NCBI RefSeq assembly: GCF_006345805.1
Contig: NC_043020.1
Location: forward strand, 15,872,001-15,936,000
DNA length: 64,000 bases
From: Octopus sinensis
Lineage: Eukaryota
Direction: 5' to 3'
This document shows positions 49,501 through 63,484 of this stretch, piece by piece. The translations under genes and the position numbers were made by a program. Within the stretch, counting starts at the first letter, position 1. Each line of letters opens with the position of its first letter. The notes under the pieces are model-generated. The model did no database searches and was not told where the DNA came from. It saw only the letters and a program-made list of their open reading frames with translations.

Positions 49501-52500
49501 ACTGGGCTTACAAAGAATAAGTCCCGGGGTCGATTTGATCGACTAAAGGCGGTGCTCCAGCATGGCCGCAGTCAAATGACTGAAACAAGTAAAAGAGAGA
49601 GAGTATTGACTAAGAAAAAAAAGTGTATCATGTTAATGAGAACCTTGTGCCTGGCAGCTATGGCATCATGCCTCACTAGTGGGGCATCATGTCCAATGCT
49701 AGGAATCAATGGTATAAACCATGATATTATTAATGGTAAACAGAAATATTTACAGTCATCATCATCACCATTATCACCACAATCACTACCATCATCCTTT
49801 CATATCCATTTTCGATGCGAGCATGATTTGGACAGGTTATTAACTATTTAGTATTTAACCTGGCTACACCTGGCTTAAATACTCTACCTGTTTTATACTC
49901 AAACCAGCCAGATCTAGCCTCTCACACCTGCTCTACAATGTCATTATAAAAATATATGATCCCACCATCAAAATTTTGAAGATATCAAATAATATATTAT
50001 TGGTATCAAATTTTAGCCCAAGGTTATCAATTTTCGGGGAGTGGGGTGCTAAGTTGATTACATTAGCCCCAGTTTTCAACTGGTACTTATTTCACTGATC
50101 CCGAAACAATGAAAGGCAAAGTCAATCTCAGCAGAATTTGAACTCAGAACATAAAGACAAACGAAAAGCCGTTACACACTTTGCCTATTGTGTTAACGAG
50201 TTTGCCAGCTCGTTACCTCCACGGACAATATACTATATTATCAATTCAAAACAATGTGAATAAATAAGCATTACATTTGACAGAGTAGTAATCTGAATGC
50301 TAAAGGGTTATGATCCAAGTCATTTCTTATTTAGAGTAACTATACTTCTAGAAAGTAATGATTTCTTATAAATAGCACAAGATTGGGAATTTATAAATAA
50401 GGGATAGAAATCTAGAGAATCGATATTCTGGAAAGCATTAACAAGGTCCATTCTTCCTGATCAAACTAACTCTTTCCCTTTCTCAATTTCCTCAATATCC
50501 ATGTGATGTTCCTACAACTGTAATCACCATGAAAGAGCTCAACCAGCTGAAATATTAGCAGAATTTTCTTGAAGTCATATCTTAGGAAAAGAAAAACGCA
50601 TTTTACATGACAGGATGGTAATATTAAAACAGCCATTAAGGTGGCGAATTGGCAGAATCGTTAGCATGCCGGGCAAAATGCTTAGTGACATTTCGTCAGT
50701 CTTTATATTCTGAGTTCAAATTTCGCTGAGTTCAACTTTGTCTTCCTTTCAGGAGTCGATAAAGTAAGTACCAGTTAAGTGCTGGGGTCAATACAATCAA
50801 CTTGCCTTTCTCTTCACCAACTTCCTGGCCTTGTGCCAAAATTTGAAATCAATATCAAAACAAACATTTTTGATCATACTTTTGCTCCATCAGGGGTTGA
50901 GTGCAGAGTGCGGGTAAGGTGAGGGTCAAAATGACAATACATGTGGCTGCAAACACAACCAAGTAAGAGAGCTGCATCACAACTATGAACTGTTTAATCC
51001 TACTTCACATCACCTGACAAATGTTTTACTGTAGCTTCAGGCTGACTAATTCTCTGTGAGCAGAATTTAGTGACAAAAACTCTACAGAACATACCATCAT
51101 TCATACATACATACATATGGATTGGACTGCATTGCCTATGTTCAGTCGACTGCATGATGAATGCCTCAGTATGTTCTCTTCAGCTACTGCAATCTGATGT
51201 GTAGGCCATGAATTTGAGCTTGAGATCATACTGGTTAGATGAGCCTACTCTTCCACACTGGCTCAAAATAGCTTGGCAGATGGGTGCAGTTTTTATACTC
51301 TTGCCCAAGAGTAGTTAAGTCAATTACATTGACCCCAGTGCTGAACTGGTACTTATTTTACCAGCCCTGAAAGGACGTAAGGCAAAACTGGCCTCAGCAG
51401 AATTTGAACTCACAACACAAAGACAGAAGAAATACCACTAAACATTTCACCCATCATGCTGACTTCACCAGCTCATCATTTTCAGACATACATAAATACA
51501 CATTATAAAACTTAATTACACACTGGTATTTTAACCTAAGGCTGTTTCAAGCATGTATATTAATTGAATTCTAAACTGGCTAGCTTACACATGAATCAGT
51601 ATGTATTTTTCCCACCAATTTTTTAACTAGAACAAGCATTTCTGGCATACCTAAGATATTTGCCACTGAAGAGACTAAATCAGGTTGAAACAGCATGTTT
51701 GGCAACCAACTGTCATTCTGAGTGAAGTCCAGTGTTTTTAAAGTACGAGTCTCCTTGAGAATATTACAGCTAGTAGCATTCTATGTTTGTGTATACATTA
51801 TAAAGTTATATACACCCATGTTTTAATCTAATAGTTTCTAGTGTGTATATTAATTTTAATTCTACACTGGCTTACTTTTGCACAAATCAATAAATGTTTT
51901 TAGAATGTGTATTATTGGCTTAGCTCAGAACATCTGAAGTATTTGTCCCTTGAAGAAACCAAATGTGTTTGAAACATTGTGATTGGAAATCCACTGGTAT
52001 TCTAAGTAGAGCTCGGTGATTCTAATATACAAGTGTCTTTGAGATGTTTCTATGAGACAAAATGTTGTGCAATTTGTCCATTCTGGGCAAATGCACATGG
52101 GTGGAACTATTGTCAGGAGAATTCTTAACCAAATTATGTTCCATATTTGTTGCCAAAGACTTAAAAGAAAATCAAGCTTAGGTAGGTGTTAAAGGAGCCA
52201 AGCTAAGAATAGTATCAAACCTTTCTCATTGCATATGTCTACAATGAGAAAGTGGTTATGCTCAAAAGTGAGCTGACAATCACCATACATGTATCTTTCA
52301 TCTTTTGTATTATTTTTAAGCCTGATATTTATTCTATTGGTCTCTTTTGCTGAGCCGCTAAGTTATGGGGATGTTAACACACCAGTACTGACTGTCAAGT
52401 GATGGTGGGAGACAAACACAGATACAAAGGACCATGCACATGTACATACACAGACAAAATTATAACGGGCTTCTTTCAGTTTCCATCTACAAAATCCACT

Positions 52501-52666
52501 CGCAATGCTTTGGCTGGTCCAAGGCTATAGTTGAAGACACTTGTTCAAGGTGCCACAGAGTGGGACTGAACCCAGAACTATATGTTGGGAAGCTATACCT
52601 GCATCTTGGTGTGTGTGTGTGTGCATGCGTATCTGTAAATCGATGCATCACAAAGAAATACCTTAT

Positions 52667-54117
52667 CCCTTTTAATACCAACCTGCCTGAGGCATCCCTT
52701 GGTTCTATGATATAGACTTCTTCTTCAAAACATATTTAAATTAAAACCTTCCGTCAAAACATCATGTTCATTTATGTCTCAAACAACAGCTTAATAACAA
52801 CAAAATGATTTTCACTAAACTTTTCATATTTTCAAAATTAATTGAAATAAAGGCATTGTACTTCAACAGAAAAATGAAAGGCATTGTACTTCAACAGAAA
52901 AATGAAAGGCATTGTACTTCAACAGAAAAATGAAAGGCAGTGTACTTCAACAGAAAAATGAAAGGCAGTGTACTTCAACAGAAAAATGAAAGGCAGTGTA
53001 CTTCAACAGAAAAATGAAAGGCATTGTACTTCAACAGAAAAATGAAGGCATTGTACTTCAACAGAAAAATGAAAGGCATTGTACTTCAACAGAAAAATGA
53101 AAGGCAGTGTACTTCAACAGAAAAATGAAAGGCAGGTACTTCAACAGAAAAATGAAAGGCAGTGTACTTTAACAGAAAAATGAAAGGCAGTGTACTTCAA
53201 CAGAAAAATGAAAGGCAGTGTACTTCACAGAAAAATGAAAGGCATTGTACTTCAACAGAAAAATGAAAGCAGTGTACTTCAACAGAAAAATGAAAGGCAG
53301 TGTACTTCAACAGAAAAATGAAAGGCATTGTACTTCAACAGAAAAATGAAAGGCATTGTACTTCAACAGAAAAATGAAAGGCAGTGTACTTCAACAGAAA
53401 AATGAAAGGCATTGTACTCCAACAGAAAAATGAAAGGCAGTGTACTCCAACAGAAAAATGAAAGGCAGTGTACTTCAACAGAAAAATGAAAGGCATTGTA
53501 CTTCAACAGAAAAATGAAAGGCATTGTACTTCAACAGAAAAATGAAAGGCAGTGTACTTCAACAGAAAAATGAAAGGCATTGTACTCCAACAGAAAAATG
53601 AAAGGCAGTGTACTCCAACAGAAAAATGAAAGGCATTGTACTTCAACAGAAAAATGAAAGGCATTGTACTTCAACAAAAAAATGAAAGGCAGTGTACTTC
53701 AACAGAAAAATGAAAGGCATTGTACTTCAACAGAAAAATGAAAGGCATTGTACTTCAACAGAAAAATGAAAGGCAGTGTACTTCAACAGAAAAATGAAAG
53801 GCATTGTACTTCAACAGAAAAATGAAAGGCAGTGTACTTCAACAGAAAAATGAAAGGCATTGTACTTCAACAGAAAAATGAAAGGCAGTGTACTTCAACA
53901 GAAAAATGAAAGGCAGTGTACTTCAACAGAAAAATGAAAGGCATTGTACTTCAACAGAAAAATGAAAGGCATTGTACTTCAACAGAAAAATGAAAGGCAT
54001 TGTACTTCAACAGAAAAATGAAAGGCATTGTACTTCAACAGAAAAATGAAAGGCAGTGTACTTCAACAGAAAAATGAAAGGCAGTGTACTTCAACAGAAA
54101 TATGGCAACAAAAGAAT
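52667..54117. mobile_element. piggyBac-type MITE (family F) hosting the 28-bp array
   Basis: ttat|cccttttaatacc at the left end and tatggcaacaaaagaattta at the right end. Confidence 0.65.
52850..54098. repeat. 28-bp minisatellite (aaaaatgaaaggca[t/g]tgtacttcaacag), ~44 units
   Basis: Period read directly; two interspersed variants. Confidence 0.95.
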
Positions 54118-55193
54118 TTAAAATATTTTGGTGCTGAGTTACATTGAGATATTTGCCACTGAGGAGACTAAATCAGGTTGAAACAGCATGTGTCCATGTA
54201 AGAAAGGGTAAACATAGCTGTTTGATAAACAGATATTGAAAAACAAGTACCAGACTAAATACCGGATCTGACATAAGTATCAAAGATCCTTGAAATGCGA
54301 TGCTACAGCATGGCCATAATCCGATGACTCAAACCAATAAAAGACAACAAGAATAAAGGAATACATGGCATGGTTGTGTGGTGGGTGTAGGTGTGGCTGT
54401 ATGGTTGAGAAGCTTGTTTTTCAACCATGTGGTCTTGGGTTCAGTTCCACTACATGGCCCCTTGGGCAAGTCTTTTTCTACTATAGCCCCAGGCTCACCA
54501 AAGCTTTGTGAGTGGATTTGAGAGATGGAAACTGAAGGAAGCTCATCGCATATATGCATGTGCATGTGCGTGTGCATGTGTGTATGTATTCACATTGTGT
54601 TTGTTCACCATGCACACTGCTTAGCAAATGGTGTTGCTTTGTTTATATCCCTGCAACCGAGCAGTTTGCTAACAGAGACCAAAAAAAAATAAAAAATAAG
54701 AACCAGGCTTCAAAGAAAAGGAGAACGAAAAACCAAAAGTACTAAGGTCAATTTAGTTCAGCCAAACTCTTCAAGGTGGTGCCTCAGCATGGCCACAATC
54801 CAATTGACTGAAACAAGTAAAAAAAAAAAAAAAAAAAACAGAAAAAAAAGAATGTGTGTGTGCGTGTGTGTGATTGTGTGTAGACGAGTTCGTAATTATT
54901 TTTCTATTTTTGCATCATCGTTCTGGTATTTTTATATCGTTCAAAGGTATAAACTCTTTAAAACAAGAGCACATCAAATGTTTGTCAGCTGATGTGAATG
55001 CACTGTGAAAATATATGGTGTGAAAGAAGTTTTACAGTTAACACTTACGTGGTTCTCTAATTATTTACCATTACCAAATAGAAGGAAATAGAAAAAACAA
55101 CATACACACATCTATACAGACAGACACACGCACACAGAGCCATACATTTATATATACAATGTGTGTATGTGTGTGTACATATTTATATATATG

Positions 55194-55225
<32 letters not shown>

Positions 55226-55728
55226 TACATATGTATGTATTGATGTATATATATATATGTGTATATATAAATATATACATTTATATGCCTGTATATTTGT
55301 GTGTGTATATGTATGTATACATATATATATATATATATATAAATATATACATTTATATGCCTGTATGTTTGTGTGTGTATATGTATGTATACATATATAT
55401 ATATATATATAAAGACACACAGACATGTATATGAACATATATATACATACACACATCTATATATACACATACACACATATATATATATACAAATACATGT
55501 ATACAAATACACACATATATGAATGTAAATAAATAAATATATATATATATATATATACACACACATGTATATTTTATATATATATATATGTGTGTATATA
55601 TATATGTATATATAAATATATACATTTATATGCCTGTATGTTTGTGTGTGTATATGTATGTATACATATATATATATATATAATATATACATTTATATGC
55701 CTGTATGTTTGTGTGTGTATATGTATGT

Positions 55729-55764
<36 letters not shown>

Positions 55765-55936
55765 ACACACAGACATGTATATGAACATATATATACATAC
55801 ACACATCTATATATACACATACACACATATATATATATATATACAATACATGTATACAATACACACATATATGAATGTAAATAAATAAATATATATATAT
55901 ATATATATACACACACATGTATATTTTATATATATA

Positions 55937-56000
<64 letters not shown>

Positions 56001-56309
56001 CACATACATATGTGCAAAAAAAAATTTTAACAAACATAAATATAAGTTATATTTAAGAAAAATAAAAAAAATAAGACTTCAAAGACTGAAATTTACTGAA
56101 ATTTCAGTTGAGGAATGAATTAAGATAAAAGGAAAGGACGAAGATGCATGCTTAGAAAGGAAGGGGGTGGGGGTATATAACACACCTATTCCCCACCGTT
56201 TTTTTTTGTTCCGATGTTACTGTTTATAAGTGCAAAATTTACAGCATCACCAGCAGCATCAACGACAACAGCTAATGAAGAAGCTTTCATGCAGATGCTT
56301 GAACTTCAA

Positions 56310-57440
56310 GAAATAACAGCCAAATCTCCCTCAAGTCGTATCCTGCAATCTTAAAGAAAGGAAACACATGTTGGATAATGTAGCCACAGATAGCTCCCTA
56401 AAAATGACAGGTGATCTTGGCTGGCAGTAGGCACACCTGTGGTCAACTAGGGCTGACAGAGGGCTCAAAAGCAGTGAAAATACTAATGTCATAACCACTA
56501 GTAATATCACTCACAATGCAGAAATAGCAGCCAAATCTCCCTCAAGTTATACCTTGCAAGCTTAAAGAAAGGAACCTGGCTGGCAGCAGGCACACCTGTG
56601 ATCAAGTAGGGCTGACAGAGGGTTCAAAAGCAGTGAAAATACTGATGTCATAACCACTAGTAATATCACTCACAATGCAGAAATAGCAGCCAAATCTCCC
56701 TCAAGTTATACCTTGCAAGCTTAAAGAAAGGAACCTGGCTGGCAGCAGGCACACCTGTGATCAAGTAGGGCTGACAGAGGGTTCAAAAGCAGTGAAAATA
56801 CTGATGTCATAACCACTAGTAATATCACTCACAATGCAGAAATAGCAGCCAAATCTCCCTCAAGTTATACCTTGCAAACTTATAGAAAGGAAAGACACAC
56901 TGGGTGATGTAGCCCTTGACAGCACCCTAAAAATTACAGATGAACCTGGCTGGCAGCAGGCACTCCTGTGATCAACTAGGGCTCACAGAGGGCTGAAAAG
57001 CAGTGAAAATACTGATGTCATAACCACTAGTAATATCACTCACAATGCAGAAATAGCAGCCAAATATCCCTCAAGATATATCTTGCAAACTTAAAGAAAG
57101 GAACCTGGCTGGCAGCAGGCACACCTGTGATCAAGTAGGGCTCACAGAGGGCTCAAAAGCAGTGAAAATACTGATGTCATAACCACTAGTAATATCACTC
57201 ACAATGCAGAAATAGCAGTCAAATCTCCCTCAAGTTATACCTTGCAAACTTAAAGAAAGGAAAGACACACTGGATGATGTAGCCCTTGACAGCACCCTAA
57301 AAAATGACAGATGGTCCTGGCTGGCAGCAGGCACATCTTTGATCAACCAGGACTGACCTTGGGCTCAGAAACAGAGACAATACCACTGCCAACACCACTA
57401 TTGAGATCAGTTACAATGTAGAAATAGCAGCTAAATCTCC
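56310..57440. repeat. Tandem array of 211-bp and 159-bp units derived from a dispersed repeat
   Basis: gaaata[g/a]cag starts at 56310, 56521, 56680, 56839, 57050, 57209 and 57421. Confidence 0.9.
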
Positions 57441-58234
57441 CAGTGGCTCACAATGTGTGTGTGTGTGTGTGTGTGTGTGAATTTGCCTACAGTTTACTAT
57501 TTTGATGCTGTTTAGTCTCAAGGCAGTTTCACAATTAAGCAAGACCTATGTGACCAAAGATGTTCCAGCTGTGACCATTCCAACATTTTGTATATCCATT
57601 TATCTTTTACTTGTTGCAGTAATTAGACTGTGGCCATGCTGGAGCACTGCCTTAAAGAAAATTTGGTCAAAATAAACCTACCCCAGTACTATTTTTTTTA
57701 AGCCTGGTACTTATTCTATTGGTCTCTTTTGCCAAACTGCTATGTCACAGTGACATAAACACACCAGCATTGGCTATCAAGTGAGGGTGGGTGAGAAACA
57801 CACACACACACATATATATAAGATATATATGAGGTTTTTTCAGTTTTTATCTACCATATTCGAAGACACTTGCCCAAGGTGCCATGCAGTGGGACTGAAC
57901 CTGGAACCATGTGACCGGGAAGCAAACTTCTTACCAAAGTCTCAGGAATTACATGACCCAATGTGTCTTTCCCTTTTTTTTTTTTTCTTGAGGTAACATG
58001 CATGATTTGAGGAAATCTGGCTGCTTTTTCCAACCAGTTAAGCAACAGAGCAACTGTCTAGAAGCCTGCTCTCTATGGTGTATGGTGGCCTATCGGCAGA
58101 GGGTTCCCAAGCAATGGGTCGTAACACAAATAGGGTCCACTGCATAATTGTGAAAGTGTTGCAAAGACAAAAATCTTTTAGTTTTGAAATCTTCCTGTTA
58201 TAATTAATGGTTGTGAAGTCTATCAGTCTCTCAC

Positions 58235-58273
58235 ACAACTTGTTTGCTAGTTCCATCCATTTTCTCTCTAAAT
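58235..58273 (-). CDS. Candidate exon (DLERKWMELANKL)
   Basis: Lies in ORF 58038-58358, protein-like helix, donor |gtgaga, phase 1-1; acceptor weak. Confidence 0.3.
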
Positions 58274-58494
58274 CTGCTGCGGCCGCATTATAATAATCAT
58301 CATCATCATCATCGTCATCACCATTGTCATCATCATCATCACTGTTTTTAACATCCACTTTTCCATGCTTAAACGAATCAGATGGAGTTCACTGAAGCAG
58401 GTTTTTCTATGGCTGGATGCCCTTCCTGTCACCAACCCTCACTGTTTCCAAGGAAAGAATTATTCCCCTTATCCTCATAGCCAAGCATGTTATC

Positions 58495-58730
58495 TATATA
58501 ATGGGAAGGTTTACGAAAATAAACAAAGGACGAAGGCAAGTTTATGAAAATAAACAAAAGACGAAGGCAGGTGGAGTACAAACAAACAATTGTATTAGTA
58601 TGGCACTCAGGAATAGAAATAAAACAAGTCTTTTACGTTTCGAGCCTATACTCTTCGGCAGAAAAATACACAGAAAAGAAACAAGGAGAGAAAAAAATGC
58701 GTGTAGGAGCTAATGATCCAACATGCCGTT

Positions 58731-58815
<85 letters not shown>

Positions 58816-59640
58816 CTGGTGTGCTTACATCCCTGTAAATTAGCAGTTCAGCAAAAAGAGTCTGATAGAATAAATACCAGGCTTAGAACAACAACAAAAA
58901 AAAAGTCCTGGGGGTCGATTTATTTGGCTAAAAATTCTCCAAGGTGGTGCCTCATCATGACTGCAGACTGAAACAAGTAAAAGAATAAAAGAACATATAT
59001 ATATGCTCTTTGTGCATCTTATGCATTTTAGTCCACATTACTCTAGGATGTCTTCAATCACTCAGGATATCATGTCTAAAAAAGGGGAATGGAAGAGAAA
59101 GTGATGTCATGTCATACTTGAGAAGTGGTACAAGGAACTTAAGCCAATTCAAGTTGATGAGTCAGAGGTAGATATCTTATCAGTTCTAGGAAATACTCTT
59201 AATGTTTCCTGTAAACTACATGAGTTAGTATTTCATTATTAACAAAAAGCAAATAGTCACTAGAAAACCGTTCGTCTCATTTCTACTGACTTAATTTTTG
59301 GCTTGGTTTCTGCAGCTGCATTCCCTTCCTAGCAACAACTACTTGATATGTATATATATATAACGGGAAGGTTTACGAAAATAAACAAAAGACGAAGGCA
59401 GGTGGAGTACAAACAAACAATTGTATTAGTATGGCACTCAGGAATAGAAATAAAACAAGTCTTTTACGTTTCGAGCCTACGCTCTTCAACAGAAAGATAC
59501 ACAGAAAACAAGGAGAGAAAAAAATTGCGTTTAGGGGCTAACGATCCAACATGGCGTTCTGATTTCAGGAGAAGTCAGAGATCGGAGGTCAAACGTTAGA
59601 GGTCAGATGTTAGACGCTAGAGGGATAGTAGGGGAGATAA
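58495..59640 (-). mobile_element. Two Penelope-like fragments in direct orientation (58495-58735, 59348-59640), each with a variant hammerhead (58630-58665, 59461-59496)
   Basis: cttt CTGTTGA aGAGCgtagGCTC GAAA CG TA aaag; the other copy has CTGCCGA. Confidence 0.65.
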
Positions 59641-61129
59641 CAGGGTCAAGTGACCTCGCCCCAACATGAAGGTATCTATATATTTTACTTGTTTCAGTCA
59701 CTCAGACTATGGCCATGCTGGAGCACCACCTTGAATTTTGGCTGAACACATCGACGCAAGCACTATTTTTTGTTAAGCATGGTACTTATCAGTCACTTTT
59801 GCTGTACCACTAAGTTATGGAAGTGAATACACATCAACACCAGATGTCAAAAGGTGGTGTGGGACAAACACATTCACACACACACATGCATGCACTCCCC
59901 ACACCCCCATACACACACATGCTGGGCTATTTTCAGTTTCTGTCTACCAAATTCACTCACAAGGCTTTGGTCAGCCCAAGGTTATAGCAGAAGACACTTG
60001 CTCAAGGTGTCATGCAGTGTGACTGAACTCGGAACCATGTGGTTGGAAAGTAATCGTCTTACCATACAGCCACACCTATATATATCGTTAGTGGATCATA
60101 TATCCAAAAAGAAGCATACTGACCATAATGGATTCCTACCTCTGGTTTGAAGAGGGGTTATATACCCTCCGTCAATGGAGTCGTCCATAAAGCTAAGCAG
60201 TTTATGGATGTGAAATCATTGGTCACTCTATGACTGGACATGTATTTAACTGCACATAAATACATATGATCCCCGTGCTGGCAGCACGTAAAAGAACCAT
60301 CCGAACGTGGCCGATGCCAGTGCCGCTTTGACTGGCTTTCGTGCCAGTGGCACATAAAAAGCACCGTCCAATCATGGTCGATGCCAGCTACTCTGGCCCC
60401 TGTGCCAATGGCATGTAAAAAGCACCCACTACACTCTCGGAGTGGTTGGCGTTAATAAGGGCATCGAGCTATAGAAACACTGCCAGGTCAGACTGGGGCC
60501 AGGCACAGCCTCCTGGCTTCCCAGACCCCAGTTGAACAGTCCAACCCATGCCAGCATGGAAAACAGATGTTAAACGATGATGATGACGATGATGATATAT
60601 ATGGAGGATGCAGAAGGGTATGAGACCACCAGTGATGGATAGCACTAGTAGACCTGGTCAGGTCTACGCAAGATGATGTCTCTGGGACCACTAATCTGAG
60701 ATGACCCCACTCCCATCAAGTAAGAGCATGAAGCAAGCAAGCAAGTGTAACACAGCTTCCATCTATCCACCTCACTGACAAGGCAATGTTTGCTCTGAAA
60801 CAAAGGTTGAAGACACTTGCTTAAAGTGCCACGCGATGAGATTGAACTTGAAACCATGTGGCAGAAAAAAACAAACTTCTTAGCCACACAACCATGTCTG
60901 TGCCTATCAATGTCTGGAAAATTGATTTTTATTTAAATATTACAAAACAAAAAAAAAACAAAAAAAAGCGAGGGGTTGGGGATAGGGTTACAAAGGGCAA
61001 TTGATTTTCCAAAATGGTTTGTGATAGTAAAAGGTTCGGAACAGCTGGTGATGTTGTGGTTCCACTTGTAGACATCGTTGTGTCTAAAATTAGAACCAAT
61101 CTGTAAACAACACTGCAGACCAGTGTTAA

Positions 61130-61257
61130 CCTTTGTGTGTGTGTGTGCGTGCGTGCCTGTGTGTTGTGTCTGTGCATGAGTATTTAGTATGAGTACGTGT
61201 TCGTATGTTCCTATGTATTTGTGTGTGTTTGAGAGTGTGTGTGTGTGTGTGTGTTTG

Positions 61258-61293
<36 letters not shown>

Positions 61294-62100
61294 CGTGCGT
61301 GTGTGTGTGTGCATGAGTATTTAGTACGTGTACGTGTTCGTATGTTCCTATGTATTTGTGTGTGTTTGTGTGTGTGTATGTGTGTGTGTGTGCATGAGTA
61401 TTTAGTATGTGTACGTGTTCGTATGTTCCTATGTATTTGTGTGCGTTTGAGAGTGTGTGTGTGTGCATGTGTGTGTGTGTGTGCATGAGTATTTAGTACG
61501 TGTACGTACGTTCCTATGTATTTGTGTGTGTTTGAGAGTGTGTGTGTGTTTGTGCGTGTGTGTGTGTGTGTGTGTTTGTGCATGAGTATTTAGTATGTGT
61601 ACGTGTTCATATGTTCCTATGTATGTGTGCGTTTGAGAGTGTTTGTGTGTGTGTGTGTGTGTGTGCATGAGTATTTAGTACGTGTACATACGTTCCTATG
61701 TATTTGTGTGTGTTTGAGAGTGTGTGTGTGTTTGTGCGTGTGTGTGTGTGTGTGTGTTTGTGCATGAGTATTTAGTATGTGTACGTGTTCATATGTTCCT
61801 ATGTATGTGTGCGTTTGAGAGTGTTTGTGTGTGTGTGTGTGTGTGTGTGCATGAGTATTTAGTACGTGTACGTACGTTCCTATATATTTGTGTGTGTTTG
61901 AGAGGGTGTGTGTGTTTCTGTGTGTGTGTGTGTGCATGAGTATTTAGTATGTGTACGTGTTCATATGTTCCTATGTATTTGTGTGTGTTTGAGAGGGTGT
62001 GTGTGTTTCTGTGTGTGTGTGTGTGTGCATGAGTATTTAGTATGTGTACGTGCTTGTATGTTCCTATGTATTTGTGTGTGTGTGTGTGTGTGTGGAGTGT
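61130..62100. repeat. Compound minisatellite: ~45-bp conserved core joined by variable (GT)n, ~10 units
   Basis: The core gcatgagtatttagta[c/t]gtgtacgt...gttcctatgtat recurs about every 80-140 bp. Confidence 0.9.
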
Positions 62101-63441
62101 ATGTATTTTGTGCATGTGCATTTGTATTTGTGCATTAATATGTGTTTGTGAGCGTGTTTGCAAGTGAGCGTGTGTTTGTGCATGTGTGTGTTCATATGGG
62201 TTTGTGAGTGTGTTTGAGAGAGAGAGAGAAAGAGATAGTGTGTTTGTGTGCATATCTCGTGCTCGTAGATGAGTGTGCATTTATGTGTGTTTGTCTGTGC
62301 GTTTTGTCTCAAGCAGAAGTGTTCTTGCAACAACACGGATGACCAGCATTATAAAGCTGTGTACATAGATGGTCTTGCTTGACAGCCCCCTCACCACCAT
62401 CACTGCCCACCACCACCATACCACCAACAACAACAACTTCAACACATCCAACAAAAATCTCGTTACACTTAACAAACCTATTGATTCTCACTTTTATTTA
62501 TCAAAAACAAACCTATTGACCTCAAACATCTTGATTTATTTGTGTCGACATATATATATGTATCTGTGTGTGTATATATGCATGTGTGTGTGTACATACA
62601 CACACACACATACATATGCCTACATATATACATATACACATACATAAATATACACACACACACACACAAGATAGTCACAGCTGGACAATTCAGTTCTGTT
62701 ACAACTTCACTATTCATACCTTCCTGTACTTATTGGTACTATTACTACTTGAACAACCACCACCACCAAAATCACTAAGATGGCTTCTACAACTACTACC
62801 TGTACTACAATTACTACTACTACAAGTAACACAATTCACTCTAGCAAATACCCACCCACTTACTCTCTCTGTCCCCACCCACTTTTGCCAAATCTCTTTC
62901 AAACACCCTACTGTCTTAATCCGACAATTCTGCCTATTATGTAGTTTGAATGAGAAACTGTAACTAAAGATTAAGATTATTAACCCCACAGAGAGAGGAA
63001 AGAAGAGAGACAGCATAGCGATGGTTTTGGCTGACTGTCATCCTGTACTCCCATTGTTGCTAGTGAAATGGTATGTGCCGGTTGTCTGAGCAACTGGGTG
63101 TCCTAATGCCGAAACAAACAGGACATTAAGATTACAAAAATAGAGATTCTCACTTTGAGGGGCCACCAAGATACCCCAACACTATTATTTATCTCTTTGT
63201 AATTATTTCTGATTCTGTCTCACTCCCTCCTCTAAATGAGAGTAGTCATATGGCTCCTACAACAAAAATCTATGCCCCACCCATTTCTCTCATACCTTAA
63301 CCATCTCCAAGCATAAAGCTACCCTTTCTCATCTCAGGTCCCGTAGTCTTGGGTGTGGCACGGTGACCTCACAAATGCTGGTACCATGTAAAATGCACCC
63401 AGGACAATTTCTTATTCCTTGGTCATTTCAAATTCTGATAT

Positions 63442-63484
<43 letters not shown>

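Noticed and set aside
59095-59215. Protein-like frames on both strands, one with a TGA that editing could fix
   Set aside because: Strand and boundaries cannot be resolved; counting it would be overfitting.
1170-62963. Long ORFs rich in YI/HT/CV/LS/V/T runs in the ORF track
   Set aside because: They are translations of di-, tri- and tetranucleotide repeats with no domain content.
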